A stretch of 64,000 nucleotides of DNA from Thermodesulfobacteriota bacterium (GTDB lineage: Bacteria > Desulfobacterota_D > UBA1144 > Nemesobacterales > UBA2774): the NCBI GenBank assembly GCA_965223335.1, contig OZ244991.1:2528001-2592000 (forward strand), read 5' to 3'. The translations under genes were made by a program, and so were the position numbers. The first letter of the stretch is position 1; each line of letters starts with the position of its first letter. The notes below the pieces were generated by a model. It searched no databases, was not told the DNA's origin, and worked only from the letters and a program-made list of their open reading frames with translations. Positions 8,697 to 18,454 of this stretch are shown here, piece by piece.

Positions 8697-10625
8697 TTAT
8701 ACCCATCTCTCCTTCCACATCTGAAACACCAATATATACCACACCTTATGCACACTCTCTCTGCCTTTAACAAAGTTCTCTACCGTCCGCGAAACGACCT
8801 TTTCGTCGAATATACCGTCCTTTTTTAGCCTGTCCGGGCTCAGGTAGTCCATCATCATCGATCGCAGGTCCCCGCGGAGCCAATCGGCCAACGGCACGGT
8901 AAACCCCTTCTTCGGCCTATCCACAAGCTCCCGTGGCACATGATTATATAGCACTTTTCTCAATATATATTTACTCACGCCGTCCCTGCACTTTAGCCCC
9001 GATGGTATCCTCGCCACATACTCCACCAGCCGGTGGTCCAAAAACGGCTCCCTGCTCTCGAGGCTAACCGCCATAGACGCCCTATCCACCTTGGCCAGAA
9101 TATCATCGGCCAAAAAAGTCTTTAGGTCCGTAGCCATCATCCTAGTCATAAAATCCCTGCTCTCAAGACTCTCGAACGTGTCTTCAAAGTATGTTGGGTG
9201 CTGCTCCCCCGACTCTTGCTTAAGCAACCTCTCAATCTCGTCCGGTGTCCACCTGTTCATATTGGATTTAAACATCTCGAGCAGGTTCTTTTTATGAGAT
9301 GCGCCGAGCATATTCTGATACTTCCTATACTTATCCCCGAAATTCTTCACATTAGGCACGATAGGTCTTACTGCAGAGTATATAGATGCCGCTCGTTCCG
9401 CACCCAAGGATTGCATAGCACCCAACGCAACATCCCTCAGCGCTTCGGGAACCTTATGAAACCTAGGATGCAGTGCACTTAACGACCTGTAGCGGTTATA
9501 CCCCCCAAAGAGCTCGTCCCCCCCGTCAGACGATAGCGCCACTGTGGCGTTCTGCTTTGTGAGCTTAGACACGAGGTACGTAGGCAGTCCCGAGTTGTCC
9601 CCAAATGGCTCGTCGTAGATATCGGCTAGCTGCCCTATTACATCCTTACAGTCATCCACCGACACATAGTACTCTGTGTGCTCAGTATCCAGATACTCCG
9701 CAATCTTCTTGGCCCATTTCCCCTCGTCGTACTCGTCCTCATAGAACCCAATTGTGAAAGTCTTGTGCTGAGTGTTTGTGTTTTTCTGTAGTAGTGCGGT
9801 GAGTGTAGTGGAGTCTATCCCCCCGCTAAGGAATATGCCGAGCGGCACATCCGCCAAAAGCCGGTAGCGGAACGAATCCAGCAACAGCTCCTCTAGCTCC
9901 TCGGCTATCTCGTCCTCGGTGCCTGTGAGGGGATCGTCCAGGTAATGGTCATTTGAGTTCCAGTACTCTATCTCATTCACACCACTCTCATCGATGCACA
10001 GATAGTGCCCCTGGCGAAGCTTAAACGTGTTTTCGAATATAGTTGCCGGCGCCGGGATATAGCCGTAGCTCAGGTAGTTGGGCATAGCCCCGTAGTCTAT
10101 GTTTTTCGGATACGCAGGGTGCGCCATAAGCGCCTTTAGCTCAGAGCCGAATATAACCCCGTTTTGGTCATGATAGTAGTAAAGCGGTTTTATCCCCAGT
10201 CTATCGCGTATTAAATAAAGCTTGCGTACACGCTTGTCCCAAATCCCCATGGCAAACATACCGATAAATTTCTCTATGCACTCTATGCCCCAGCACAGGT
10301 AAGCGTTTAGCACCACCTCGGTGTCGGTGTTGCTCCTGAACTTATATCCCTTGGCACTTAGCTCCTCGCGTATCTCGCGATAGTTGTACACCTCGCCGTT
10401 GTATACGAGCCACACGGTTTTCTCTTCGTTGGACATAGGCTGGTGACCCAGTGCAGATAGATCAATGATGGAAAGCCTCCTATGCCCGAGCCCTACCCCG
10501 TTTTCTCTGTCCAGGTATATGCCCGCATCGTCGGGGCCCCTGTGCGTGAGTGTGTCGCGCATCACCTCAAGGGTACGCGTACAGTCCTCGCACTCGACCT
10601 TATAGAACCCCACTATACCGCACAT
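8697..10625 (-). CDS. asnB: Asparagine synthase (glutamine-hydrolysing) family amidotransferase
   Basis: N-terminal MCGI, HRGPD, RDRLGIKPLYY, LSGGIDS, DELFGGY. Confidence 0.95.
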   Translation of the reverse strand: MCGIVGFYKVECEDCTRTLEVMRDTLTHRGPDDAGIYLDRENGVGLGHRRLSIIDLSALGHQPMSNEEKTVWLVYNGEVYNYREIREELSAKGYKFRSNTDTEVVLNAYLCWGIECIEKFIGMFAMGIWDKRVRKLYLIRDRLGIKPLYYYHDQNGVIFGSELKALMAHPAYPKNIDYGAMPNYLSYGYIPAPATIFENTFKLRQGHYLCIDESGVNEIEYWNSNDHYLDDPLTGTEDEIAEELEELLLDSFRYRLLADVPLGIFLSGGIDSTTLTALLQKNTNTQHKTFTIGFYEDEYDEGKWAKKIAEYLDTEHTEYYVSVDDCKDVIGQLADIYDEPFGDNSGLPTYLVSKLTKQNATVALSSDGGDELFGGYNRYRSLSALHPRFHKVPEALRDVALGAMQSLGAERAASIYSAVRPIVPNVKNFGDKYRKYQNMLGASHKKNLLEMFKSNMNRWTPDEIERLLKQESGEQHPTYFEDTFESLESRDFMTRMMATDLKTFLADDILAKVDRASMAVSLESREPFLDHRLVEYVARIPSGLKCRDGVSKYILRKVLYNHVPRELVDRPKKGFTVPLADWLRGDLRSMMMDYLSPDRLKKDGIFDEKVVSRTVENFVKGRESVHKVWYILVFQMWKERWV

Positions 10626-10736
10626 TTGGCAGACCTCATTATTTTCTGTCCGGTGTGTGTTAACACTAAAGGTGTATCAATGGTTCTCAAGATGTTCATA
10701 TAAGATGTTCATATATCGGAATATATAAGCTAAAAA

Positions 10737-11609
10737 TTAATAACCGTATACCTTAAGCCGCTTTTTAACGTTGGCTTTACCTGCATATTTTTTTAGCTCG
10801 GGGTCCCTCTCGTAAGCATATGCACGGTCGGGGTTGGCCATCGCAGCCGCAGCCTTAATCCCATCCCACCCAGCCCCAAGCTCACAAAAATCTACCAATC
10901 TCTCAAGCACACTCTCGGGCTCCCTCAAAAGCTCCTCATACTTAACCTCTGTAGCACTCTCACCCAAATCCGCTATGTGTCTTTGGGCCTCGGCCATGTA
11001 CTCCTCCCACATGGCTACTCCCTCGTCAATTGACGCACACCTCATCTCAATAATCTTCTTTTTGGGTACGAATCTGTCCACTACATGCAGCCAATCAAGC
11101 GGCATAAACCACCTGCCCTTCTCCCTCATCTTCTTTAGCCCGTTTTGCCTGCGCACCAAAAGGCTCTTGGCCACATCCACCGGGTGCCTATGAATATGTA
11201 TGACCTTGGCCCCCGGAAACACATCCAGCCAAATCGGCAGTGTGTAGGTGTTGCGCGGATCTTTCCACCCCCATGGCTTGTCCTGTTTATAGAGCGAGCC
11301 CTGCTTTATATACCTGCGCACACCCAGGTAAGAAACCGTCATGGGCGAGGTCATAACATCCCGCAAATACTTAGCATAGGTCTGCCTAGCCTCACTATCG
11401 TCAATCAAATACTTTATCTGTGCAGGGTTCTCCAACCCCGCACTGCACTGGTCCAAAAACCACTTGTTTAGCCTAACAAAAAAAAGCGCCTCATTGTTCC
11501 GGTCCTTGCGCGCACCCGCAAACAGGCCCAAAGCCTCCAACATCTCCGACAACAGGCTTGTGCCCGAACGGCTCATCCCTATGATTATGACTGGGGGGTA
11601 TATGCTCAT
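10737..11609 (-). CDS. Sulfotransferase family protein
   Basis: PAPS-binding IIGMSRSGTS, WGWKDPR, RHPVDVAKS, YEEL. Confidence 0.9.
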   Translation of the reverse strand: MSIYPPVIIIGMSRSGTSLLSEMLEALGLFAGARKDRNNEALFFVRLNKWFLDQCSAGLENPAQIKYLIDDSEARQTYAKYLRDVMTSPMTVSYLGVRRYIKQGSLYKQDKPWGWKDPRNTYTLPIWLDVFPGAKVIHIHRHPVDVAKSLLVRRQNGLKKMREKGRWFMPLDWLHVVDRFVPKKKIIEMRCASIDEGVAMWEEYMAEAQRHIADLGESATEVKYEELLREPESVLERLVDFCELGAGWDGIKAAAAMANPDRAYAYERDPELKKYAGKANVKKRLKVYGY

Positions 11610-11870
11610 ACGGTCCTTACCACTCCTTCCCCGATTTGTCTAAATATGTTAGCCATATCTAGGCCCATTTACAATCAACACACCCCCGGCAACAAGCCCT
11701 CCCGCGGCAGTAAAGCTACCATTTTTCACCCGTATCCGGTTATAATCAACAAAATGACCGTTTCTATCAATCCTGCGAGTCCGCAATCACCGGACCGGGT
11801 ACAAATCATTGCTAAGTACCCAAACATCCCTTAGGCTCAGCTAGGACTACAGTCGCGAAACTCTATCTAA

Positions 11871-13171
11871 ATGTCCCATATACAAGAGATAAACAATAAG
11901 ATTTTTAAAAACGCCTCCTGGCTCCTGGGCGATAAAACGGCATCAAGCATCTTCGGCGCGCTCCAGACCATTATCGTCGCCAGAATGCTCGGTGTAAAAG
12001 ACTATGGGCTCCTCGTACTCGTCGTCACCTACATCGACCTCCTAGTCCAGTTCTTTGACCTCCGTGTGTGGGAGACCGCGACAAAATACATCGGCACATT
12101 CTGGGAGGAAGGCGACCGCGATAAAACCGGCTCTATGATAAAGCTCTCGTATCTCATGGACGTCTCAAGCGGTGTCGTCGCCTTTATCATTGCCATCCTC
12201 ACGGCCAAGATTATAAGCACTCGCATAATTCACAGTCCCGACGCCTATATATATGTATGGATCTATTCATTCAGCCTATTTATCAGGACCGCCAACTCCA
12301 CCTCAATCGCCATACTCCGTGTGTTCGATAAATTCAAGCAGATTGCGTTCATAAGGTCGTTCCAGTCATTCCTCAGGTTTGCCACCATCACCACACTCCT
12401 GCTCCTTGGCTACGGTATAAAGGCGTACTCATTGGCTATGTGCTTACTGGTTTTGTAGGGTTCTTTATAAGGATATGGGTAGTGCTCGGCACTCTGGGCG
12501 AAAAGGGCTTGAGTGACTGGTGGAGGGCCAAAATCTCGTTAATTAGCGACCACTATAGGTCTATAGCGTGGTTTGTGGGCAACACAAGCTTTGCGTCAAC
12601 TGTGCGAATGGGTGAGGAACGCTTCCTGGGTACAATGATCCTCGGTTACTTTGCCGGGAAAGAGGCCGTAGCGTTCTACAACGTGGGCAGCGCCGCTGCC
12701 AAACTCGCAAGCTATATAGTCGACCCGCTCTACGAGGCCATCTACCCCGAGCTGGTCAAGATCAAGGCCAATCATTCGGTAGACGACATAAAAAAAGTCG
12801 TCATAGACACGACCAAAAAACTGTCCATGATCCTTATCCCCGTAGCCGTGATAATGATTATCTTTGCCGAGCTCATTATCCACCTGGTCTTTGGCACGGC
12901 CTACCTACCCGCCGTGAATGCACTCAGGATCATAGCACTCGCAGTCGTTGTTGCCAGGATTACATTCTGGATAAACCCCGTATTACTGGCCCTCGAAAAA
13001 CCGGGCCTCAGGACCATACTCGGTATAATCTCAACCTCCTTTTACTTGCTGCTGCTCTTTATACTCGTACCCGAGCACTCATATATAGGTGCGGCGTTCG
13101 CATTCCTCGGGTTCGCAATCGTAAAAAGCTCGCTCTCGGTCTACATGGCGCACAGGCTTTTCCGTTCGTAA
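11871..13171 (+). pseudogene. Oligosaccharide flippase (Wzx-like), split by a single frameshift near 12420
   Basis: ORFs 11871-12458 and 12440-13171 are the N- and C-halves (ARMLGVKDYG; VAFYNVG). Adding one base in GGTATAAAGGCG gives continuous ...GYGIKGVLIGYVLTGFVG. May be a sequencing error. Confidence 0.75.
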
Positions 13172-13226
13172 CAGAACGAGTCCATATATAGGCACAGGCA
13201 TCTCATATATATAAGGAGAATCCAAA

Positions 13227-13895
13227 ATGGAACTTTATCAGGTCATGCGTACTACATTCTCGGCCCGCGAGTTTACAAACGAACCCCTAACCGACGAGGT
13301 GCTCTACAGGATCTTGGACAACGCCCGCTTTGCCCCCAGTGGGGGCAACCGCCAGGGCTGGCGCGTGCTTGTAATACGCGATATGAAGACCCGCGAATCC
13401 CTTTGCGACCTCACCCTCCCCGCCGCCAAGCGCTACATGGCCCAGATACACGCCGGCGAAAACCCCTGGAATACGGTTCTGCCCACAAGCGTGGATGATT
13501 CTACAATAGAAGCTACACCTGCCCCGCATGTATTGACTGATGTGTTTATGTACGCCGCATTGGTACTAGTTGTATGTGTAGATCTAAAAGTCGTAGCGTC
13601 CATGGACCAATACCTCGACCGCATCGGAGTTGTGAGCGGGGCTTCTATATACCCGTTTGTATGGAATATCCTCTTAGCAGCCCGCAACGAGGGCTTCGGT
13701 GGGACTATTACAACCATACCTGTGTCCAACGAACAGGGAATTAAATCGCTGCTAGGTATCCCCGATGATTACGCAGTATCCGCTGTCATGCCTATGGGCA
13801 AACCGTTTCGAGACCTCACCAAACTCACCCGAAACCCTGTCGAATCCTTCACCACACACGAACACTGGACGGGTAATGCATTAACTACGGATTAG
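13227..13895 (+). CDS. Nitroreductase family protein
   Basis: SAREF, ARFAPSGGNRQGW, LLAARNEGFG; RBS AAGGAG. Confidence 0.92.
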   Translation: MELYQVMRTTFSAREFTNEPLTDEVLYRILDNARFAPSGGNRQGWRVLVIRDMKTRESLCDLTLPAAKRYMAQIHAGENPWNTVLPTSVDDSTIEATPAPHVLTDVFMYAALVLVVCVDLKVVASMDQYLDRIGVVSGASIYPFVWNILLAARNEGFGGTITTIPVSNEQGIKSLLGIPDDYAVSAVMPMGKPFRDLTKLTRNPVESFTTHEHWTGNALTTD

Positions 13896-13941
13896 AGTAC
13901 ATAGCATAGAAATTGTTACCGTTATTGCACTTTAAGAATTA

Positions 13942-14220
13942 CTAATTCTGTTTATTCCTAGTGTGTTTTAGCAAAATGATAACCCCAACAGCTAAAGCCA
14001 CTAGCAATAAAACCACTTTGAGTACTATAATTCCACCAACTACCCAAGAGCTGTCACTGTCTATGCTTCGATATAAAACAGCAATACTCGTTAAAACAAG
14101 TGATATTGCTACGGCATATAAAAACACTTTCTCAATCGGTCTAAATTCTTTTTTGTAAGTATAGACCGCGGTAAACATACCGATTAAAAACGATGGGATT
14201 GAAAGAATTAGAATGAGCAT
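13942..14220 (-). CDS. Small three-TM membrane protein
   Basis: 92 aa hydrophobic ORF in the AT-rich block. Confidence 0.5.
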   Translation of the reverse strand: MLILILSIPSFLIGMFTAVYTYKKEFRPIEKVFLYAVAISLVLTSIAVLYRSIDSDSSWVVGGIIVLKVVLLLVALAVGVIILLKHTRNKQN

Positions 14221-14287
14221 TGGACAGTTTTATATAGCAACATCTTTTACTTCCGAATCAAAATGCTTATAAACATTTACTAATTCT

Positions 14288-15331
14288 TCACTCTTTATAA
14301 GTCTTTGTAATAACCTTAAAATCCGAGCCGTCTAGGTTCATAGTGCAAATATCCCCACCATGTCTGTTTTGCGGTATTAAGAACATTATTTTTTCACCGC
14401 CATCAATATATGTAGGATACTCTCCTTCATAATCAGTTACCTTTTTTATCTCTTCTGTCTGTATATCAACCGTATAAGTATGATATGCGTAATTGAATTC
14501 TGTCCTTGAAATATCAGCAAAGAAAATTACCTTTTCCCCATCTGATGAGAATGATGGATGATAAATTACCCCTCTGTTCGTGATTTGTTTTGTATTGCCA
14601 GTTTCTATGTCTAGAATAGTTATGGCTTTAGACCAATAATCTACTTTAGGTTTACAGTACGGGCTTGCATAAGCAATCATATCACCCGCACTTGAATATG
14701 TAGGGCTCCATATATTTACAGAACCGGTTTCAATAAGCTCAATATCGCTACCATCTGTTTTCATTACAAACAACTGCAGGGTTCCACAGGAACATTCATC
14801 ACATTTCCGTTCAACCTGCCCTGAATAGACAATATATTTACCATCGGGCGAGAATGAAGGAGTTTCATGATTTTTATTTCCAAAAGTAATCTGACGTAAG
14901 TCTGTTCCATCAGTATTCATTATGAAAATATTGGTACTGTCACCCTTCTCAGATTCAAAAACTATCTTAGTTCCGTCCGGAGAAAATGATGGGCTACCAT
15001 CGTGAGTATCTTGATTAGTAAGTCTCTTTAGATTTTTTCCATCACTATCTACAATACATATATCTCCACTACCCCATATAGTGCATCCAAATACGATCTT
15101 ATCTCCACTTGGTGACATCCTTGGATGTTCTAATCCATATGAATGACCACATCTATACAACATCTTCCATTGTGAATTCCAGGCCGATGGCTTAATCTCA
15201 AAATATATACACGCTGGATTCAACATATGCAGAGCATCATTTTTCCAACAGTTGACACATAGAATGACTACAAGCAAAAGTCCCGCAAAACAGATGTAAA
15301 ATTTAGTTTTAAATATTTTCTTAAAATTCAT
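14288..15331 (-). CDS. TolB-like PD40 repeat protein
   Basis: Repeated PSFSPDG / PTYSSAG / PSFSSDG; N-terminal TM; start chosen at ATG 15331. Confidence 0.85.
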   Translation of the reverse strand: MNFKKIFKTKFYICFAGLLLVVILCVNCWKNDALHMLNPACIYFEIKPSAWNSQWKMLYRCGHSYGLEHPRMSPSGDKIVFGCTIWGSGDICIVDSDGKNLKRLTNQDTHDGSPSFSPDGTKIVFESEKGDSTNIFIMNTDGTDLRQITFGNKNHETPSFSPDGKYIVYSGQVERKCDECSCGTLQLFVMKTDGSDIELIETGSVNIWSPTYSSAGDMIAYASPYCKPKVDYWSKAITILDIETGNTKQITNRGVIYHPSFSSDGEKVIFFADISRTEFNYAYHTYTVDIQTEEIKKVTDYEGEYPTYIDGGEKIMFLIPQNRHGGDICTMNLDGSDFKVITKTYKE

Positions 15332-15429
15332 TGCCACCCCGTGCACCAATCCTATAACTAATTTTAAGACTATTTAACTATCACTACAAGGATTTTAGTT
15401 GTCTAATAGAACTGATTAAATTGAGCGGG

Positions 15430-15840
15430 TCACTTCTTTATAGTTAAATATGTAACTTTGATATTGGCAGGTTTTTCGAGTTGTTTAATTTCCAGCCCAG
15501 GATGATATTGAATAATCAACTCTTTATCACTTTTCCACACTGGAACAATCAAGTTCTTTTCAACAACCTCATTCAACTCAAAATCCCCGAGATTGATTGT
15601 AAACAAACGGTATTTCGGCACCGAACCTACAAATAGCTCGCCATCTATTGTGCTGTTAATTAAAGGGCAATTTTCACCAAAGAGTTCTAGTCTCAGGTCA
15701 CTATCAGGAGAATGGCTAGTCAAAATAGGCTTATATCCACATAATCCAATATAGGTAGTAACTATTAAGTACGCCATAGATGCCAATACCAAAGGCCCAC
15801 ATCCTACAACCAGCATAATTATGCCCTCACGCTTAAACAT
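15430..15840 (-). CDS. Hypothetical membrane-anchored protein
   Basis: 136 aa, N-terminal TM, SPD motif. Confidence 0.55.
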   Translation of the reverse strand: MFKREGIIMLVVGCGPLVLASMAYLIVTTYIGLCGYKPILTSHSPDSDLRLELFGENCPLINSTIDGELFVGSVPKYRLFTINLGDFELNEVVEKNLIVPVWKSDKELIIQYHPGLEIKQLEKPANIKVTYLTIKK

Positions 15841-15867
15841 CTACTATATAAACTGCATTTGCGGGAA

Positions 15868-16959
15868 TTAGTTTAACTTTGCTTTTGTAACTGCCTTATA
15901 ACGCCGAAGCAATAAGAGAGTCTCACTATCAACCAAGATGGGTTGATTATAGTTATCAGGATCAAGCTTAATCAGAACCAACTCTTTACTTTTATATTTA
16001 TAATACATAACCGATGTATATTCCTTTCCAAATAATGGGAATATTGCCATCTCGTCGTCTAGCGCCACTCCTAAACTATGAATAGTATATGTAATTATAT
16101 GATCTAATTTATTGGTAACCGGATCGTATGACCACAGATCATTATAATGCTCACGCTGCTTCAATCTCCTCAATGCTTCTCTCCAATCATCTACTCTAGT
16201 TACGGTGCTTGTCAAAATACCAATTTTATTTGGTGCTATTAGATTGATATGTTTCACCATCTCTTCATCAAGTTCTATCAATTTGCTAATGTTAATATCA
16301 CCTGCTATCTGTGCCTTATAGATAACTTCATTCTTAACGTACAGCAGATTGTCGCTGTCCAACCAAATCGGTTGAACCGGGTCAACATTCTCAGCAATCT
16401 TGATCGTTTCTCCTTTGGTTGGGAAATATAATTGTAAAATGTTACTTTCTCTTGAGACATTCATCCAACAATCCTCTTTTTTACATTCACCTACAATCGG
16501 ATAGGAGACATACGCTAACTGCTTGTTGTCTTTAGAGAATGAGAGGAAACCCTGATCTCGGTTTGGTTCACTAAGGTATTGTGAGACCTTATTTGTAATA
16601 ACTTCCCATTTCCACACGGTTTCAAGATCCCAGAATAAAACAAAATAGATACTTGATGAAGTTGAATCCCATCTGATACTTTGATTGATGATTCTAGCTT
16701 TATACTTGAATTGTTTTTCCACATCCAATTCAGCAACTACCCGCCCATCATCTACATCGATCACAGTTAATGTAGGCGTATAAATAGGATCAGACTTCAT
16801 TTGTGTCTCACCTAAAGTTATGAATGCAAGTTTAGCCTTATCCGGCGATATACTATGACCATCAAACATTATATAAGAATCTGATTTGTATAAATCCTCT
16901 GCCAATACGGGATTAACAAACCCAAGATAAATCATCAACAACAAAATGAGTTTATTCAT
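15868..16959 (-). CDS. Secreted beta-propeller-like hypothetical protein
   Basis: Signal peptide ending VLA-E; SPDK, FSKDN, WLDSD repeats. Confidence 0.65.
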   Translation of the reverse strand: MNKLILLLMIYLGFVNPVLAEDLYKSDSYIMFDGHSISPDKAKLAFITLGETQMKSDPIYTPTLTVIDVDDGRVVAELDVEKQFKYKARIINQSIRWDSTSSSIYFVLFWDLETVWKWEVITNKVSQYLSEPNRDQGFLSFSKDNKQLAYVSYPIVGECKKEDCWMNVSRESNILQLYFPTKGETIKIAENVDPVQPIWLDSDNLLYVKNEVIYKAQIAGDINISKLIELDEEMVKHINLIAPNKIGILTSTVTRVDDWREALRRLKQREHYNDLWSYDPVTNKLDHIITYTIHSLGVALDDEMAIFPLFGKEYTSVMYYKYKSKELVLIKLDPDNYNQPILVDSETLLLLRRYKAVTKAKLN

Positions 16960-17021
16960 CTTTATCACCCGCTCCAAGCTCCAGTTGATACATATGTAAT
17001 TTCAGAATATCCGCCTAACGT

Positions 17022-17993
17022 TTAATCAAAACGAGTCCAAAAAATCTGTTCTTTTGCAAGTAAAATATTGTTCTTGGCTTTCCCGTACAGAATGTCTGAT
17101 TCGGATATTAATTCCAGAGTCTTATCGTAGCATCTTATTGCCTCTTTGAATCTATCCTGGTCGTAAAGTGAATTCCCCAAATTAAAATAGCACGTAGGCT
17201 CATCCTTCCGCAATCTTATAGCCCTTCGATAATATCGCTCTGCTAACTTTGGCCTATCTAAAAACGAATAACAATATCCAATATGTCTGAGCGTAAAGAA
17301 ATCGTTCTTTTGGTGGCGGAGTGCTTTCTTGTAAGCTATGATAGCGTTTTTGTATTCCCTCATCCGTAAGTAAACATTTCCCACACGATACCAGGACATC
17401 AGCAAATCATATCTACATTCTTTATTTATTTTTCCGGTTTGATTACCCACTAGAACTGATAAGGCTTTCCTATATTGTTTTTTACCCACATAATCATCCA
17501 CCTTTTCGTATTGAATGAATAACTTTGCATATTCCAAATTATCTTTAACATCCTTCCACAGTCGCGACTTATGCTTACATTTCCTTAATGCTTTTTCGTA
17601 ATACTTACAAGCTTCTTTATACCTAGACTGCTCATATAATAAATTGCCTAGATCATTAAACAGACATGGATGTTCATCCGATATAGCGAGTGCTTTCTTA
17701 TAGTACCGCTCTGCAAACTTGAGTCTATCCAGATTGTCATAGCAAAATCCGATACCGTAAGTCGAGTCAAACATATCTTTGTCATATCTCAGCGACTTTC
17801 TATATTTATCGATGGCATCCATATATTTCGACTGACTCTCGTACACATATCCCACCCTGTTCCACGCTCGTGACAATTCATCTTGAAAACCAGGACGTAT
17901 CTTTCCTGTCTTTTTGTCTAGCAACAGCTTCAAAGCCGCTTTATAGTCTTTCTTTTTAATGCAATTATCCACTTTTTCTATACTGGTTATCAT
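17022..17993 (-). CDS. Tetratricopeptide repeat protein with two homologous halves
   Basis: TPR consensus segments; EKVD...TGKI...AERYY...LGN.LY.Q occurs twice. Confidence 0.85.
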   Translation of the reverse strand: MITSIEKVDNCIKKKDYKAALKLLLDKKTGKIRPGFQDELSRAWNRVGYVYESQSKYMDAIDKYRKSLRYDKDMFDSTYGIGFCYDNLDRLKFAERYYKKALAISDEHPCLFNDLGNLLYEQSRYKEACKYYEKALRKCKHKSRLWKDVKDNLEYAKLFIQYEKVDDYVGKKQYRKALSVLVGNQTGKINKECRYDLLMSWYRVGNVYLRMREYKNAIIAYKKALRHQKNDFFTLRHIGYCYSFLDRPKLAERYYRRAIRLRKDEPTCYFNLGNSLYDQDRFKEAIRCYDKTLELISESDILYGKAKNNILLAKEQIFWTRFD

Positions 17994-18153
17994 TTCAAAT
18001 CACATTCTCCAACGTTGTGCAGGTGGTAGTTCCCTAATTAATTTTATACTTACCCATTGATTCATGCAATATTACTCATTTTAGCAAAATAGATTGCTAG
18101 GTCCCCCTCACCCAAAAATCTAATAAAATTCATGAGATCTACACAATTACGTA

Positions 18154-18182
18154 TTGACATCATTACGTAATGATGATATAAA
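18154..18182 (+). promoter_or_regulatory. Sigma70 promoter overlapped by an 18-bp palindromic operator
   Basis: TTGACA (18154-59)-17 bp-TATAAA (18177-82); perfect palindrome CATCATTACGTAATGATG at 18158-18175. Confidence 0.75.
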
Positions 18183-18229
18183 CATGATGTGGATAAAAAA
18201 AAATCGAGCAACGAGAAATCAAACAAGAG

Positions 18230-18367
18230 ATGCACCGTGGCTCACTCTATATACCTGTCACACTTTACGAGAAATTACGCCTATATGCCTTTCTTAAAAG
18301 GATTAGTCAGTCCAAGGTTATCGAACAAGCTATTGAAGAGTTCCTAGATAGGAACATGGGAGGATGA
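18230..18367 (+). CDS. Ribbon-helix-helix (CopG/ParG-like) DNA-binding protein, not in the ORF track
   Basis: MHRGSLYIPVTLYEKLRLYAFLKRISQSKVIEQAIEEFLDRNMGG: beta strand SLYIP, helix, ISQSKVIEQAIEEFL pattern typical of RHH. Confidence 0.7.
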   Translation: MHRGSLYIPVTLYEKLRLYAFLKRISQSKVIEQAIEEFLDRNMGG

Positions 18368-18400
18368 AATAAGCAGAACAAGCTGAAGCAATACGCATTT

Positions 18401-18420
18401 ACATCATTACGTAATGATGT
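18401..18420. promoter_or_regulatory. Second copy of the operator palindrome, upstream of the hicA-hicB fusion
   Basis: Perfect 20-bp palindrome ACATCATTACGTAATGATGT. Confidence 0.75.
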
Positions 18421-18454
18421 TGTGACGTAAATACTTACTAGAGAGGATGGATGG

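Noticed and set aside
13896..18000. Integron cassette array
   Set aside because: I found no repeated attC-like RYYYAAC...GTTRRRY stems in the spacers and no intI; only a short GCGGG recurs near some stops.
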